IMG/VR virus record: IMGVR_UViG_3300027759_003961
Span: 19,059 to 83,058 of that record
Strand: one strand, 5' to 3'
DNA: 64,000 nt
Source: a virus
Lineage: Duplodnaviria; Caudoviricetes
Numbering within the stretch: the stretch's first letter is position 1; every line of letters begins with the position of its first letter. A program made the translations under genes and the position numbers. The notes under the pieces are model-generated. The model made no database searches. It worked only from the letters and a program-made list of their open reading frames with translations, and was not told the DNA's origin. Of this stretch, positions 9,363-19,369 are shown in pieces.

Positions 9363-11613
9363 GGACTATGTATCCATCTTCAGTCACCACGGCTGTACTG
9401 GTTGAAAGTTCTGTTACAAACTCAACTGCATCATCTTTCATTACAGCATGCATTGTACAATTCTCCAAACGATCAAACAAAATACGCTTACTCAATGGCA
9501 CACGAATTAGTTCATCAATCTTGCGTCCTAGGGGTCTAGCACCCATCTTTGAATCGTAGCCCTTGTCGGCCAGCATGTCAATCACTGGTTCTGATAATGT
9601 TAATTGAATATGCTTATTCATAAGACTGACCTTGAGTTCATCTACAAATTTCAGCACCACTTTCTTGATGGCTAGGGTATCTAACTTGTTGAACTTGCAC
9701 ACACAGTCAATACGATTGCGTAGTTCAGGTTTAAAAAACTCTTTCATGGCCTTATCTTCGCTACCAGTTTTTTCTAAACTCTGTCCAAAGCCAATGTTGT
9801 TGTTTTCGTTGTCTCTAGCACCCAAGTTACTAGTCATGATAATGATGCAGTTCTTGAGATCTACTGTTTTACCATTGCTTGATGTAATGCGGGCTTCATC
9901 TAACATCTGTAACATGATGTTGATTACATCGGGATGAGCCTTTTCAATTTCATCAAACAACAAGATACTAAATGGATGTTTGCTGACATCGCTAATTAAC
10001 TTGCCGCCACCAAGATTGCCATCTTCGAATCCAACATAGCCTGGAGGCGCACCAATCAAGCCTGACACTGTATGACGCTCTTGATACTCACTCATATCAT
10101 ACTTGAGCAGTTTCATATCCAGGTGCTCGCTGAGCAATTTGGCCAACTCTGTTTTGCCTGTGCCCGTAGGTCCTAGGAACAAAAAGCTAGCAATAGGACG
10201 TTTAGCATTGCCAATACCCGAGAAGTTGATGTACACTCTCTCCAATACGCGATCCACGGCGGCATCTTGTCCATACAACTTCTGTTTAATGTTGCTTTCC
10301 AGTTCTATAATCTTGGCACTGCTTTCATTTTCTAATCGATCCATAGGAACATCTGTAACACGGCTTAGTTGAGCCATGATCATGTCCTTGGTAATGGTCA
10401 CATTACCTGCATCTTTTACACGTTCCTTGGCACAAGCACCATCTAGCAAGTCAATTGATTTGTCGGGGTTCTTACGATCGTGTATGTAGCGACCGCTTAG
10501 TTCCACTGCAGATGTGATTGCATCTGTGTCGATCAACACGTTATGGAAGGATTCAAGTCTAGGACTGAGCCCAATCAGGATCTGTTCTGTGGTGCCAGCA
10601 TCTGGTTCATCAATCCCTACTCTATGGAAACGACGCATGAGTGCGCGATCCTTTTCAAAACTTTCGTAGTATTCTTCCCAGGTGGTTGATGCTATTACTT
10701 TTAAACTGCCCTTGGTTATGCTGGGCTTCAACATATTGGCCATGTCTAAACTGCTTTGACTACTTGCACCAGCACCCTTCATGGTGTGAGCTTCGTCCAC
10801 AAACAAGATGCAATTTTTCTTAGTTTCCAGTGCGGTAATAACTGCCTTGAACTTTTCTTCAAATTCACCACGATACTTACTGCCAGCTAATAGACTTCCT
10901 ACTTCTAGGCCCCATAGTTCATGTCCTTTAAGAAATTCAGGCACACGACCGGCTGTAATTTCTTGAGCCAAGCCTTCTACAATGGCAGTTTTTCCTACTC
11001 CAGGATCTCCGACCATGAGCACATTGGCTTTGAACTTGCGAGCCAACACTGTGATCATTTCGTCCAGTTCTTCTGCACGACCAATCATGGGCTCTAATCT
11101 ATTTTGTTGCGCTAAGGCTGTTAAATCAGTACAGTGTTCTGTGAGTATTTCTGTGGCTTGTTGATTTGTAAGTTTAACATCGCTTTGCTTGTAGTTGGCC
11201 TGATAGAACTCGGCAAACTCGGCTTTTTTGATTCCGTACTTGAGTAAAAAGTAATGAGCATGGCTGTTGTTCTCACTCATCATGGCCAGGTACAGATCTA
11301 ATGTACTAATAGTTCTACGGCCAGTAAACAGAACCTGTGTCAGGGCACGGTTAAACACACGCTCTAAGGCATTGGTTTTTTTGGGTTGCACATCTTTAGT
11401 AGTGACCAGATTGGCTAGACTAGCCAAGTAAGCTTCAATCTCTTGTTCCATGCGGACAACATCAGTACCAAATTTTTCTAGTACCTGGCGGAATGGTGCG
11501 TGACGTAGCAAAGCCACCAGCATATGTTCGGTTAGCACATATTCATGTTTACAATCACGTGCTATCTTGACTGCGGCGTCAACTATCTGTTCAATTTCAG
11601 GATTGTTTTGCAT
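9346..11613 (-). CDS. clpA: ATP-dependent Clp protease ATP-binding subunit ClpA
   Basis: Clp N domain; two Walker A motifs (GDPGVGKT, GPTGTGKT); KYRGEFE, GAPPGYVG, IGF loop, MGARPL; no ClpB middle domain. Confidence 0.92.
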   Translation of the reverse strand: MQNNPEIEQIVDAAVKIARDCKHEYVLTEHMLVALLRHAPFRQVLEKFGTDVVRMEQEIEAYLASLANLVTTKDVQPKKTNALERVFNRALTQVLFTGRRTISTLDLYLAMMSENNSHAHYFLLKYGIKKAEFAEFYQANYKQSDVKLTNQQATEILTEHCTDLTALAQQNRLEPMIGRAEELDEMITVLARKFKANVLMVGDPGVGKTAIVEGLAQEITAGRVPEFLKGHELWGLEVGSLLAGSKYRGEFEEKFKAVITALETKKNCILFVDEAHTMKGAGASSQSSLDMANMLKPSITKGSLKVIASTTWEEYYESFEKDRALMRRFHRVGIDEPDAGTTEQILIGLSPRLESFHNVLIDTDAITSAVELSGRYIHDRKNPDKSIDLLDGACAKERVKDAGNVTITKDMIMAQLSRVTDVPMDRLENESSAKIIELESNIKQKLYGQDAAVDRVLERVYINFSGIGNAKRPIASFLFLGPTGTGKTELAKLLSEHLDMKLLKYDMSEYQERHTVSGLIGAPPGYVGFEDGNLGGGKLISDVSKHPFSILLFDEIEKAHPDVINIMLQMLDEARITSSNGKTVDLKNCIIIMTSNLGARDNENNNIGFGQSLEKTGSEDKAMKEFFKPELRNRIDCVCKFNKLDTLAIKKVVLKFVDELKVSLMNKHIQLTLSEPVIDMLADKGYDSKMGARPLGRKIDELIRVPLSKRILFDRLENCTMHAVMKDDAVEFVTELSTSTAVVTEDGYIVLDPEV

Positions 11614-11687
11614 GGATTCCTTTTAAATATATATCCGTATGTTTCATTATACTATAACTTGAATAAAAATGCAATCTATATGGTTAT

Positions 11688-12467
11688 TTATTGGTTGCGG
11701 GTTTGAGTAATAGCGTCTAAAATAGGTTGGGGAATATTGTCTGGAATACGGGCTTGTACACGCACCAATAAATCACCTGCGGCGCCGGATCTTTGGGCTA
11801 GACCACGTTCACGCAATCTAAATGTGGTACCGGGTTGTGTTCTAGCAGGAACAGTTAAACTGAGTGTGGCGCCTAAGATGTCTTGTACAGTAATTTCTGT
11901 GCCGGTGATTAGGTCCCAAACATCAATTGGGTGATCTGTTATCAAGTTTGGTCCTTGCCGTTCCCAACGCGGATTAGGATGTATTCTAAATGTAATCACT
12001 AGATCCATGCCTCCGGGTCCAATACCTGGATACTGTACACTGGCTCCATCGTCAATGCCAGGCGGAATTTCTATTTCCACGGTTATTGTGCCTTGATGTG
12101 TGCCTACACTGATGGTTTTTGGACCACCGCGAGCCACATCCGGCAAGGTGATCCACAAGGTCATCATGGCTCGTTGATGCTGACGTTGTTGTTGAGGGTG
12201 TTGAAATCTGGTACCAAAAACATCAAAGATAGATTCAAAATTAAATCCTTGTCCGCCCATATTACCAAACGGGCTTTGTGGACTGTCATGCATGGATCGT
12301 TTTTGTGGATTACTCAAGGTGTCATAGGCACTTTGTATTTCTTGAAACTTGGTTTTGTCCCCGCCTTTGTCGGGATGATGCTGGCTGGCCAACTTACGAT
12401 AAGCCCGTTTAATTTCGTCTGGAGTTGCGTTGCGATCAACGCCTAGAGTTTGGTAGTGATTTGACAT
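11688..12467 (-). CDS. dnaJ: DnaJ-class co-chaperone (J domain + C-terminal domain, no Zn finger)
   Basis: HYQTLGV...HHPDKGG; GDLLVRV. Confidence 0.9.
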   Translation of the reverse strand: MSNHYQTLGVDRNATPDEIKRAYRKLASQHHPDKGGDKTKFQEIQSAYDTLSNPQKRSMHDSPQSPFGNMGGQGFNFESIFDVFGTRFQHPQQQRQHQRAMMTLWITLPDVARGGPKTISVGTHQGTITVEIEIPPGIDDGASVQYPGIGPGGMDLVITFRIHPNPRWERQGPNLITDHPIDVWDLITGTEITVQDILGATLSLTVPARTQPGTTFRLRERGLAQRSGAAGDLLVRVQARIPDNIPQPILDAITQTRNQ

Positions 12468-12493
12468 AGTAATGAAAAGTAGACAGCATAGTA

Positions 12494-12522
12494 ATTATAC
12501 TGTCTACTTGGGGTGATGTCAA
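12494..12522 (-). promoter_or_regulatory. Sigma70-type promoter upstream of dnaJ
   Basis: TTGACA-N17-TATAAT, perfect consensus. Confidence 0.75.
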
Positions 12523-12690
12523 TTACTTCTTGGTTGCTTTTTCTGGAACTTTGATTCCTTCAACTTTTTTGTGCTTTTTGACTTCTTTTTTCTGTGCCGC
12601 AGGTTTTTTAGCAGGTTCGGCATAGGCAGTGGTTTGGTAACCTACAAATGACCAAATTACAATGTTTGCGGCAATTAAAAACTTTTTCAT
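12523..12690 (-). CDS. Small exported Lys-rich protein
   Basis: MKKFLIAANIVIWSFVG...AYA|EPAKK signal peptide. Confidence 0.55.
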   Translation of the reverse strand: MKKFLIAANIVIWSFVGYQTTAYAEPAKKPAAQKKEVKKHKKVEGIKVPEKATKK

Positions 12691-12730
12691 TTTTATCTTT
12701 CCTTTTTTCATACAGTTAATGTTGCCATGA

Positions 12731-13111
12731 TTACTTTTTCCCGTTACCATTGTTGGATTGTTTCTCTTTGTGCTTTTCCAACTCTTGCACACGCCATATC
12801 AATGTGTCCAGCACTGCTTTGTTGGCACCGCTTCTTGCTAGTGCTTCTGTGTTGGATTGCATAAAGTCTTGGCGCAGTTTTTCACGAGCCAGTTCAGCAC
12901 CCATGTTTGGTGCTTGTTTGTTGTCTGATGTCACTACCAACTGCATCTTGCTTTCAAGAATGGTCAAGCTATGATTAACATTACTCAGCGCATTCATCAA
13001 GTACACCACACAGGCAAACATGATGGGCAACACTGCAAATGTTACCTTTTCAATCAGTGCGCCTTTGCTGGCGTTAGCACTCATCTGTTCCTTTATTTGT
13101 TCCAATTCCAT
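12731..13111 (-). CDS. Membrane-anchored coiled-coil protein (lysis region)
   Basis: Single TM segment VTFAVLPIMFACVVYLM. Confidence 0.6.
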   Translation of the reverse strand: MELEQIKEQMSANASKGALIEKVTFAVLPIMFACVVYLMNALSNVNHSLTILESKMQLVVTSDNKQAPNMGAELAREKLRQDFMQSNTEALARSGANKAVLDTLIWRVQELEKHKEKQSNNGNGKK

Positions 13112-13112
13112 T

Positions 13113-13232
13113 TTATTTTCCTTTGGCTATCATAGCCTGGATTTTTTCTTGAACGATTTTAGCCCAAAATGGTTGTGGAAAATTCCAACCTACAAATGCT
13201 CCTACTGCGATCCAAAATAATGTGTCTAACAT
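13113..13232 (-). CDS. Small membrane protein
   Basis: MLDTLFWIAVGAFVGWNFPQPFW with GGAG RBS. Confidence 0.6.
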   Translation of the reverse strand: MLDTLFWIAVGAFVGWNFPQPFWAKIVQEKIQAMIAKGK

Positions 13233-13245
13233 GATGAGTCTCCTT

Positions 13246-13701
13246 TTATAGTTCTGGTTGCTGAGCCACGGCTGGCCCAGTGGGTTTTGTACTGCCAAAC
13301 GCCGGCGCTGGTGCTGGTGTAAATGCTGAAGCAGTACTCGCAGTGTTGTTGCCTAGCGGAGTACTACCAAAGTTGGGTGTGGGTGTGCTTGTAGGTGCAG
13401 GCATTGTTGCACCAGCTTTATCACCTAACTTTTCTTGTGTACGACCGTAGGCCGCAATACCTAGAATAGCGCCCATGGCCATGTGAAACAAGCCTGCACC
13501 TTGTAGGGTGATTGGACTCCATTGTGTTTCCACTTTGCCGCCACCCACTACTTGGACTAAACTCCATAAGATAGGAAATATAACAAAGTCAGAAGTACAT
13601 ACCAACATGTACATCCAACCCATAGCTGGACGCCATTTTGAATTCATCCAGTCTTCTTGTTTTGTTGCGCTTTCTGATTTTGCGCATGTTTCTTCGGACA
13701 T
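13246..13701 (-). CDS. Holin (3TM, gene-transfer-release type)
   Basis: KWRPAMGWMY, hydrophobic segments, AYGRTQEK; located in the lysis cassette. Confidence 0.7.
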   Translation of the reverse strand: MSEETCAKSESATKQEDWMNSKWRPAMGWMYMLVCTSDFVIFPILWSLVQVVGGGKVETQWSPITLQGAGLFHMAMGAILGIAAYGRTQEKLGDKAGATMPAPTSTPTPNFGSTPLGNNTASTASAFTPAPAPAFGSTKPTGPAVAQQPEL

Positions 13702-13742
13702 ACCTGCTCCTTATTATTATTTTTATATACTGCTATTTATTA

Positions 13743-14003
13743 CTAAACTACTGCGCTGGCAATGGTGATCAACCCAGTTAATACTGTGTTTAACTTTTCT
13801 TTAAACGCCAGCTGACTCATGTCTTCTAATATAACCAATTGACGTTGTGCATCCTCAAGTATTTCTTTTACTTCTGCATTGCTCAGTTGTCCTACTTTGG
13901 CCTGCTCAACAATCATGTTTATATCATGTGCAAATTGACTAAAAGTAGGATCGTTGACATTAACCATATCAGCCAATTGTTGTTGTATTTCGTTTAAGGT
14001 CAT
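13743..14003 (-). CDS. Hypothetical protein
   Basis: 86 aa ORF, coupled to the upstream gene. Confidence 0.6.
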   Translation of the reverse strand: MTLNEIQQQLADMVNVNDPTFSQFAHDINMIVEQAKVGQLSNAEVKEILEDAQRQLVILEDMSQLAFKEKLNTVLTGLITIASAVV

Positions 14004-14404
14004 CTTGGTCTCCTGGCTACTACGTGTTGTATAACTGCGGCAGAGTTTTCAATACTTGCAAACTTTAATTTACAAAATAATGGTGATACTGATGTGTTGT
14101 GTTGATATTGAGTTTTTAAACCCTGAGCTATTGCATTTAAATTTTTACTGGAGTTAATTACGTTATCATTTTTAGGAATTTGCTCGCTGTAAAATTCAAA
14201 CAGTTGTGTTTTGTCTGCAATTAAAATAACATTAGATTCAGACATAAGTTTGTTGGCACACTGTTGTTTATAATTATAAGCATCTGTGCGAATCTCAGTA
14301 ATAATACGATATTCGTTGGGGTCGTAGCCGGTCATCATGTAGGCATCCCATACTGCACAGCCGTTTAATGTTAATGTTGCTAATATAACAAATAGTTTTT
14401 TCAT
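14000..14404 (-). CDS. Lipoprotein
   Basis: Lipobox LNGC after a signal peptide. Confidence 0.7.
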   Translation of the reverse strand: MKKLFVILATLTLNGCAVWDAYMMTGYDPNEYRIITEIRTDAYNYKQQCANKLMSESNVILIADKTQLFEFYSEQIPKNDNVINSSKNLNAIAQGLKTQYQHNTSVSPLFCKLKFASIENSAAVIQHVVARRPR

Positions 14405-14700
14405 TTAACACTCTCGTATATCTTTTTATGAGCATCATACCATTGTTGCCAAGCTTCGTATCGTTCCTTCAACTGATAATACATGCCACTGTTCTCGTTG
14501 GCATTTTCAATAAGATCAGTCAAGGTCTTTTTGTTGTCGGCTAAGGGTGTTAGATTACTTGCTGGTTGTTGTAGTTCTGCTGGTGCTTCCGGCCACTTCA
14601 TTTTTAACGGCACGGTTGTAGAGCACCCAAGCAGTGTCAGACAACTTACACTCAGCATTGATAGCACCACGACTCGCTTCAATTGCTTGATTATTGGCAT
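14401..14700 (-). CDS. o-spanin (Rz1-like lipoprotein); start uncertain
   Basis: Lipobox LLGC, Pro-rich segment, overlaps the i-spanin 3' end in another frame. Confidence 0.7.
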   Translation of the reverse strand: MPIIKQLKRVVVLSMLSVSCLTLLGCSTTVPLKMKWPEAPAELQQPASNLTPLADNKKTLTDLIENANENSGMYYQLKERYEAWQQWYDAHKKIYESVK

Positions 14701-15043
14701 TGACCTTCTCCTTGACTATTTCAATTTTTGTTATTACTTTTTCTTTGATTGCGGCATTGGCATCTGCGGCTTTTTTCTCTGCAATTACCACTTGTTCATT
14801 GGCCCGTTTAATTTCAGCTTGCCATACAGCAGTGACTCCGGCACCACCACACATAAAGACTCCAAACACCACAGCAACCAGGCCTGAATATTTCACAGTA
14901 ACCGACAACATTTTAAGTTGGGGACTTGGAAAGCGAGCAATGAATCCACTAACAAAATAAGCGGCCACGCCAGCACCTGCGACAAACGTCCAAACCCATA
15001 CAGGCAAGTTACCAATGATATTTTGTATAATCCAGCTGAACAT
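14555..15043 (-). CDS. i-spanin (Rz-like)
   Basis: N-terminal TM segments, coiled coil, C-terminal Cys; directly after the endolysin. Confidence 0.65.
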   Translation of the reverse strand: MFSWIIQNIIGNLPVWVWTFVAGAGVAAYFVSGFIARFPSPQLKMLSVTVKYSGLVAVVFGVFMCGGAGVTAVWQAEIKRANEQVVIAEKKAADANAAIKEKVITKIEIVKEKVNANNQAIEASRGAINAECKLSDTAWVLYNRAVKNEVAGSTSRTTTTSK

Positions 15044-15669
15044 TAGGCAGTTCCAAATACTTCAAGTGCGTGTTCATAATGTCGCTTACGATCTTCAAGG
15101 CCAATGGTTCCACCGTTGATGCGTTTGGTCATTGTCAGTATGTCTCCTGAATCAGCATATTGATTGAGATTGTTGGTTTCCCAGAACCAGCAGGCGCTTT
15201 GTATAGCACCCTCAAACGTTGCTAGGAATTCTGGAATTTGATCAACTGGAGTGTCAATGCTTTCGGCAAACTTGGTATAGTTCTGTTTGCCTGTTAACTG
15301 GATTAGTCCACGCCCACAGTAACGGAATCCGTCTCCACTTGCTTCATCACCGTTGCCCATGCGGTTGGCATAGACTCTGTTGGCAATTAATTCTTGTTTG
15401 TTGGGTTGACTGGCATACTGTTGAGCAGTAGCGTCATCTGGAAAATACTTAGGAAATACCTTGCGTAGTGTTTCTGCACGGTAGTTTAAATTTTCGTGTA
15501 GGGCTGTGAAGTTTCCACTTTCGTGTGCAGACTGAGCAATGAAAGCGGCAACACGTTCAGGCGTGTTAATATCATAATCTGGTAGTATTTTGTTTAAGGC
15601 TTCGGCCCAATGTTCTAGGTATGGGTTATTGCCGATACACTGCCCTAATTTTTGTTGTGTAATTTCCAT
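15043..15669 (-). CDS. GH19 endolysin
   Basis: FIAQSAHES, ENLNY, YCGRGLIQLTGKQNY, TKRINGG. Confidence 0.9.
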   Translation of the reverse strand: MEITQQKLGQCIGNNPYLEHWAEALNKILPDYDINTPERVAAFIAQSAHESGNFTALHENLNYRAETLRKVFPKYFPDDATAQQYASQPNKQELIANRVYANRMGNGDEASGDGFRYCGRGLIQLTGKQNYTKFAESIDTPVDQIPEFLATFEGAIQSACWFWETNNLNQYADSGDILTMTKRINGGTIGLEDRKRHYEHALEVFGTA

Positions 15670-15723
15670 TATTTTGCTCCGCAATATTGTGATGCTAATA
15701 TTTAGCTGAATAAGTAGTAGAAT

Positions 15724-16956
15724 ATGAATGTGCTTATTCTGACCCCAGATCGTGTGGGTTCTACTCTTTTACAGCGGCTAATTACAGTTTACATGATACG
15801 CAAAGGTTTTGATCGTCCTGTAATCAATCTGCACGAGCTGTCAAACGGATTAGAAAAGTACTTTAACAGCTCGTTGCAACAGGAAGTATTGGGCAAGCCA
15901 CAAGGTGTTGGCTGGGGTTACTTTCAGACTTTGCCCGAAGTTGTTGACTTATTAGATAGTGTTGACCATTATAAAACCAGCAGACTAGCACATTACCATT
16001 TGGTTAATCGTCAAGATAGTATAGGCGATCAAATCAAATTTTATGAATACCTTAATAAGAATTTTTTTATTATTAGTTGTCAACGAGAAAATCTATTAGA
16101 ACATGCACTGAGTTGGTTAATTAATTCGCACAGTAAAAGATTAAATGTCTATAGTCCTGCTGAAAAAGTTGATGTTTTTGCCAATTTGTATCAAGACGGA
16201 ATTACTGCCACTCAACAAAGTTTAGAAAAACATCTGGATAACTATGTAAAATACGATCAGTGGGTCAAACAGTATTTCAATGTACAATCTTACTTTAACT
16301 ATGATCACGATATAATTGCAATTGAAGATTATATTTTAAATTTAGATTTCATGCAAAATTCTACAGCCAATACCTGGAAGGATATGTTTGGGCAATCGTT
16401 TACTGATTGGAATGCGTGTCACAGACTTTTGCCCAATCTTTTACTAAGAGACCCGCCTGCGCAGTCAGATACAAAGACGTTAACCTTTGCTTCACAAAAC
16501 ATAACAGATCAAAAATGGAAAGAATTGCGTGGACCAGACTGGCCCGCAGATTGGCGCGAATTGTCAACTGCCAATTTACCTGCAGTTATTCAACAAGAAA
16601 TTGATCAACTGTTCAATACTGTATCAATTGCTGTTACACAAAATGAATATAATTTTTTAGCAGAACATATAGCAACATACAAAAATACAGTAAATGAAAT
16701 AGAAACACTAAAGGAGCATGGACACCTAGTAACTGGGGTTCCATTAAAGTTGCAATCACTGACAGAAAAAAAACACATCATCAAAAACTTTGATCAATGT
16801 GTTGGATGGTATAACCAGTGGGTAGAAAAAAATAACTTTGGTAAACTTTATACCCAGGATGAATTAAACACCCTGGCTATTGCTGAGGAAGAAAAGCTAA
16901 CTGCTCCCGTCGGCCAACAACTTGCGTACACTGGACACAAACGCCTGAGCAGTTAA
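15724..16956 (+). CDS. Sulfotransferase-like P-loop protein with GPDWP module
   Basis: N-terminal LTPDRVGSTLL and RENLLEHALS resemble the PAPS-binding motifs. Confidence 0.55.
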   Translation: MNVLILTPDRVGSTLLQRLITVYMIRKGFDRPVINLHELSNGLEKYFNSSLQQEVLGKPQGVGWGYFQTLPEVVDLLDSVDHYKTSRLAHYHLVNRQDSIGDQIKFYEYLNKNFFIISCQRENLLEHALSWLINSHSKRLNVYSPAEKVDVFANLYQDGITATQQSLEKHLDNYVKYDQWVKQYFNVQSYFNYDHDIIAIEDYILNLDFMQNSTANTWKDMFGQSFTDWNACHRLLPNLLLRDPPAQSDTKTLTFASQNITDQKWKELRGPDWPADWRELSTANLPAVIQQEIDQLFNTVSIAVTQNEYNFLAEHIATYKNTVNEIETLKEHGHLVTGVPLKLQSLTEKKHIIKNFDQCVGWYNQWVEKNNFGKLYTQDELNTLAIAEEEKLTAPVGQQLAYTGHKRLSS

Positions 16957-17694
16957 CAAATCGTAGTGAAAATTGTCTCTGGCTCGGTCAAGACGTGCTA
17001 TTTCCGGCACATGTTCGATACGATTTAATAGTTCTACATACACTTTAAAAAATTTATCTAATTTAAATTCTGCAAGTTCTAGTTCAACTTGCGGAGTCCA
17101 GGTACCCATTGGTGTAGTAGGCCAGTCTGGGCCACAAAGTTTATCCCACTCAGCTTGTACACTATCGCCAATTGCCCACCCGGGTATAAAAGAGTGTATG
17201 ACTCTAGTTGATTGACCAGCAGATTCAACTTGCTCAACTAACTTGATAAAATTTTCCAGTAAATCTGCGTGTGAAAGGGCAAGGTCGTAATATTGTAATC
17301 GACGGGCCTCGTCACTTAAATTACAATTAGTATTTTCTCCTCGCCAAATGAAACTCCACTGTATTACTATTGTTTTAGGGCATATTTCTTCTAATACTTT
17401 GATGGCTTTTCTTGCAATCCAATAATTACTGGCGCCGTCTAGACTAACATTAACAGTATTGTCCAACAGGTACGGCCAAGTGTGCTCGCGTGGACATCCT
17501 ATGCCCACAGTAAAACTATCTCCAAAACACCAAATTTTATCAGTTAGATCGTCTGGCCATGGGTCATCACGAAATCCACGATTGTTATATTGATAGGTGA
17601 TTGGATGTGGATAATTATTGTGCTTGGAGTCTATTCCACTGTAGTTGCACTGTTGATTGATTCGGCCAGGTAATACAAAATCCGGAAGTATCAT
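16897..17694 (-). CDS. SGNH/GDSL-like protein with GPDWP module
   Basis: NNRGFRD, FGDSFTVG, DGASN, DNFH. Confidence 0.65.
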   Translation of the reverse strand: MILPDFVLPGRINQQCNYSGIDSKHNNYPHPITYQYNNRGFRDDPWPDDLTDKIWCFGDSFTVGIGCPREHTWPYLLDNTVNVSLDGASNYWIARKAIKVLEEICPKTIVIQWSFIWRGENTNCNLSDEARRLQYYDLALSHADLLENFIKLVEQVESAGQSTRVIHSFIPGWAIGDSVQAEWDKLCGPDWPTTPMGTWTPQVELELAEFKLDKFFKVYVELLNRIEHVPEIARLDRARDNFHYDLLTAQAFVSSVRKLLADGSS

Positions 17695-17697
17695 ACT

Positions 17698-17910
17698 CTA
17701 TCTAATTGTGGCCACTTCGTTGGCAATGGTCATATAACCGTAACAACACACATTCCATTTGGTAACACCATCTTCTACTGTAACTTCATCAAACATGGGT
17801 GCAGTTATTTTAAAACTTTTTACCAAGTGTTCTTGTCCGTTTTCAAACACACGCCAAACTAGATCAGATCCGTTATGCCCTGTATTAAAACGTATATGAT
17901 ACTTGTTCAC
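17698..17910 (-). CDS. Hypothetical protein
   Basis: 70 aa ORF in operon. Confidence 0.6.
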   Translation of the reverse strand: MNKYHIRFNTGHNGSDLVWRVFENGQEHLVKSFKITAPMFDEVTVEDGVTKWNVCCYGYMTIANEVATIR

Positions 17911-18746
17911 TTTAATCCCAGCTCTTTACGAATCTTTGTAGCACTAATATCCGCAGTTGCTTCGTCAAACAACTCTTCTCCGCTGGTGTAGCCTACTCCA
18001 CGACCCCAACCAATGTGTACAATGTTAGGTACTACTTGTATTTCGTATTGTCCTTGGTAGATGGGATCTAAGTCATGTTTGATAAAGCTCTTGACTTTTT
18101 CTACTTCAAACGGATTGCTATCTTGCCATCCTTGCACATCACGTATTTGGATAACTACCTGTCCTGTCCGTGCTATTAGTCTTTCAAACAAGGCTCGATG
18201 ACCATCGTGCCAAGGTTGCCAACGTCCTAACATCTGCACTGTTTCTTTTTTCCAATCAAATACAGGACGACGACGATTTTCAATAATGTGTGAGCCAATA
18301 AATTCTGCCCACTTTTCACAATCTTGTTCTGTGATACGGAAATCATATTGTTCGGGTTCAACAAAGGCCGCGTTGGTATCTGCGTAACGTCCTTCGCGAA
18401 TAGTGTCTACCCAGATGGTCCAGTCTGCTTTGAAGTTGTTACGCTGTTCTACCAACGGTGCAACAAAGTCGCAAATAACATAGTCGCCACCTGCTTCCAT
18501 ACTGAACTGAAACATGCGGATACTTTGACGTATACGTCCGTCTTGGCTAAAATCCCAGTCGTTGTATTTGCGGCGGATGTCATCGGCGTTGAACCAATTT
18601 ACCGTGGCATTTAAACTGCCAATGTGTTCGTTAAGAGCACGACCATAACTGATGTCTCCGTGTTCTTCAAGATACTTTTTAAGAGCGCCTGCTAACATTG
18701 TTTTGCCAGCACCCGGTAAGCCCATAATTAAAATTCGTTGTGTCAT
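17907..18746 (-). CDS. Adenylylsulfate-kinase-like domain fused to an HxGH nucleotidyltransferase domain
   Basis: GLPGAGKT, NADDIR, FVAP, FVEPE; then GRWQPWHDGH and ISATKIR. Confidence 0.75.
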   Translation of the reverse strand: MTQRILIMGLPGAGKTMLAGALKKYLEEHGDISYGRALNEHIGSLNATVNWFNADDIRRKYNDWDFSQDGRIRQSIRMFQFSMEAGGDYVICDFVAPLVEQRNNFKADWTIWVDTIREGRYADTNAAFVEPEQYDFRITEQDCEKWAEFIGSHIIENRRRPVFDWKKETVQMLGRWQPWHDGHRALFERLIARTGQVVIQIRDVQGWQDSNPFEVEKVKSFIKHDLDPIYQGQYEIQVVPNIVHIGWGRGVGYTSGEELFDEATADISATKIRKELGLK

Positions 18747-18754
18747 TGTGTTCC

Positions 18755-19369
18755 TTAATAAACTTTTACTCTTACTTTGTGATCTGCATAGTTTTGTTCA
18801 TACTCTGCAGGAGGATGTGCTATCTTTAACCAATCGCATAATTCATGATTGTTATATACAAAACTGCCTAAATCCCAATAAGGTCTCATGGCTGTATTTT
18901 GTCTAGTAATTTCTGCGGCCATAAAATCTAAATCTTTGTAATATTTAGTATAGTCCGGATAGCTGATATTAAAACCGCCACAACGCACCCACCAGCCTAA
19001 ACTGGCATCATCACCACGGTGTACCAACACAATCGGGCAGTCTGGCCAGTGTTGCTTTAAGAATCCTACATGATACATGAACATATGGCTTTTGATTATT
19101 CTTACACCTAATCCAGAAAACGGTTGGTCAAATTCCTTCTCGCAATCTTCTTTAGAGTATTCATTTAATCGATCAAACCAAGAACCAAACTCCATACCAG
19201 GATCATAATAACTGCCCAGATGCATAGGCGTACCATTGTAGGCCACAGAGCTTGCGTATACTCTATCAGCATTGTCATCAGTTTGATCAATGTCAGGACT
19301 ATAATAAATGTTTTTTGCTACACTGCTCCATTTTGAACCAGGAGCTCCGGCCATAAAAATATACTTCAT
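18755..19369 (-). CDS. P-loop/sulfotransferase-like protein
   Basis: IFMAGAPGSKWSS, IIKSH, IVLVHR. Confidence 0.55.
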   Translation of the reverse strand: MKYIFMAGAPGSKWSSVAKNIYYSPDIDQTDDNADRVYASSVAYNGTPMHLGSYYDPGMEFGSWFDRLNEYSKEDCEKEFDQPFSGLGVRIIKSHMFMYHVGFLKQHWPDCPIVLVHRGDDASLGWWVRCGGFNISYPDYTKYYKDLDFMAAEITRQNTAMRPYWDLGSFVYNNHELCDWLKIAHPPAEYEQNYADHKVRVKVY

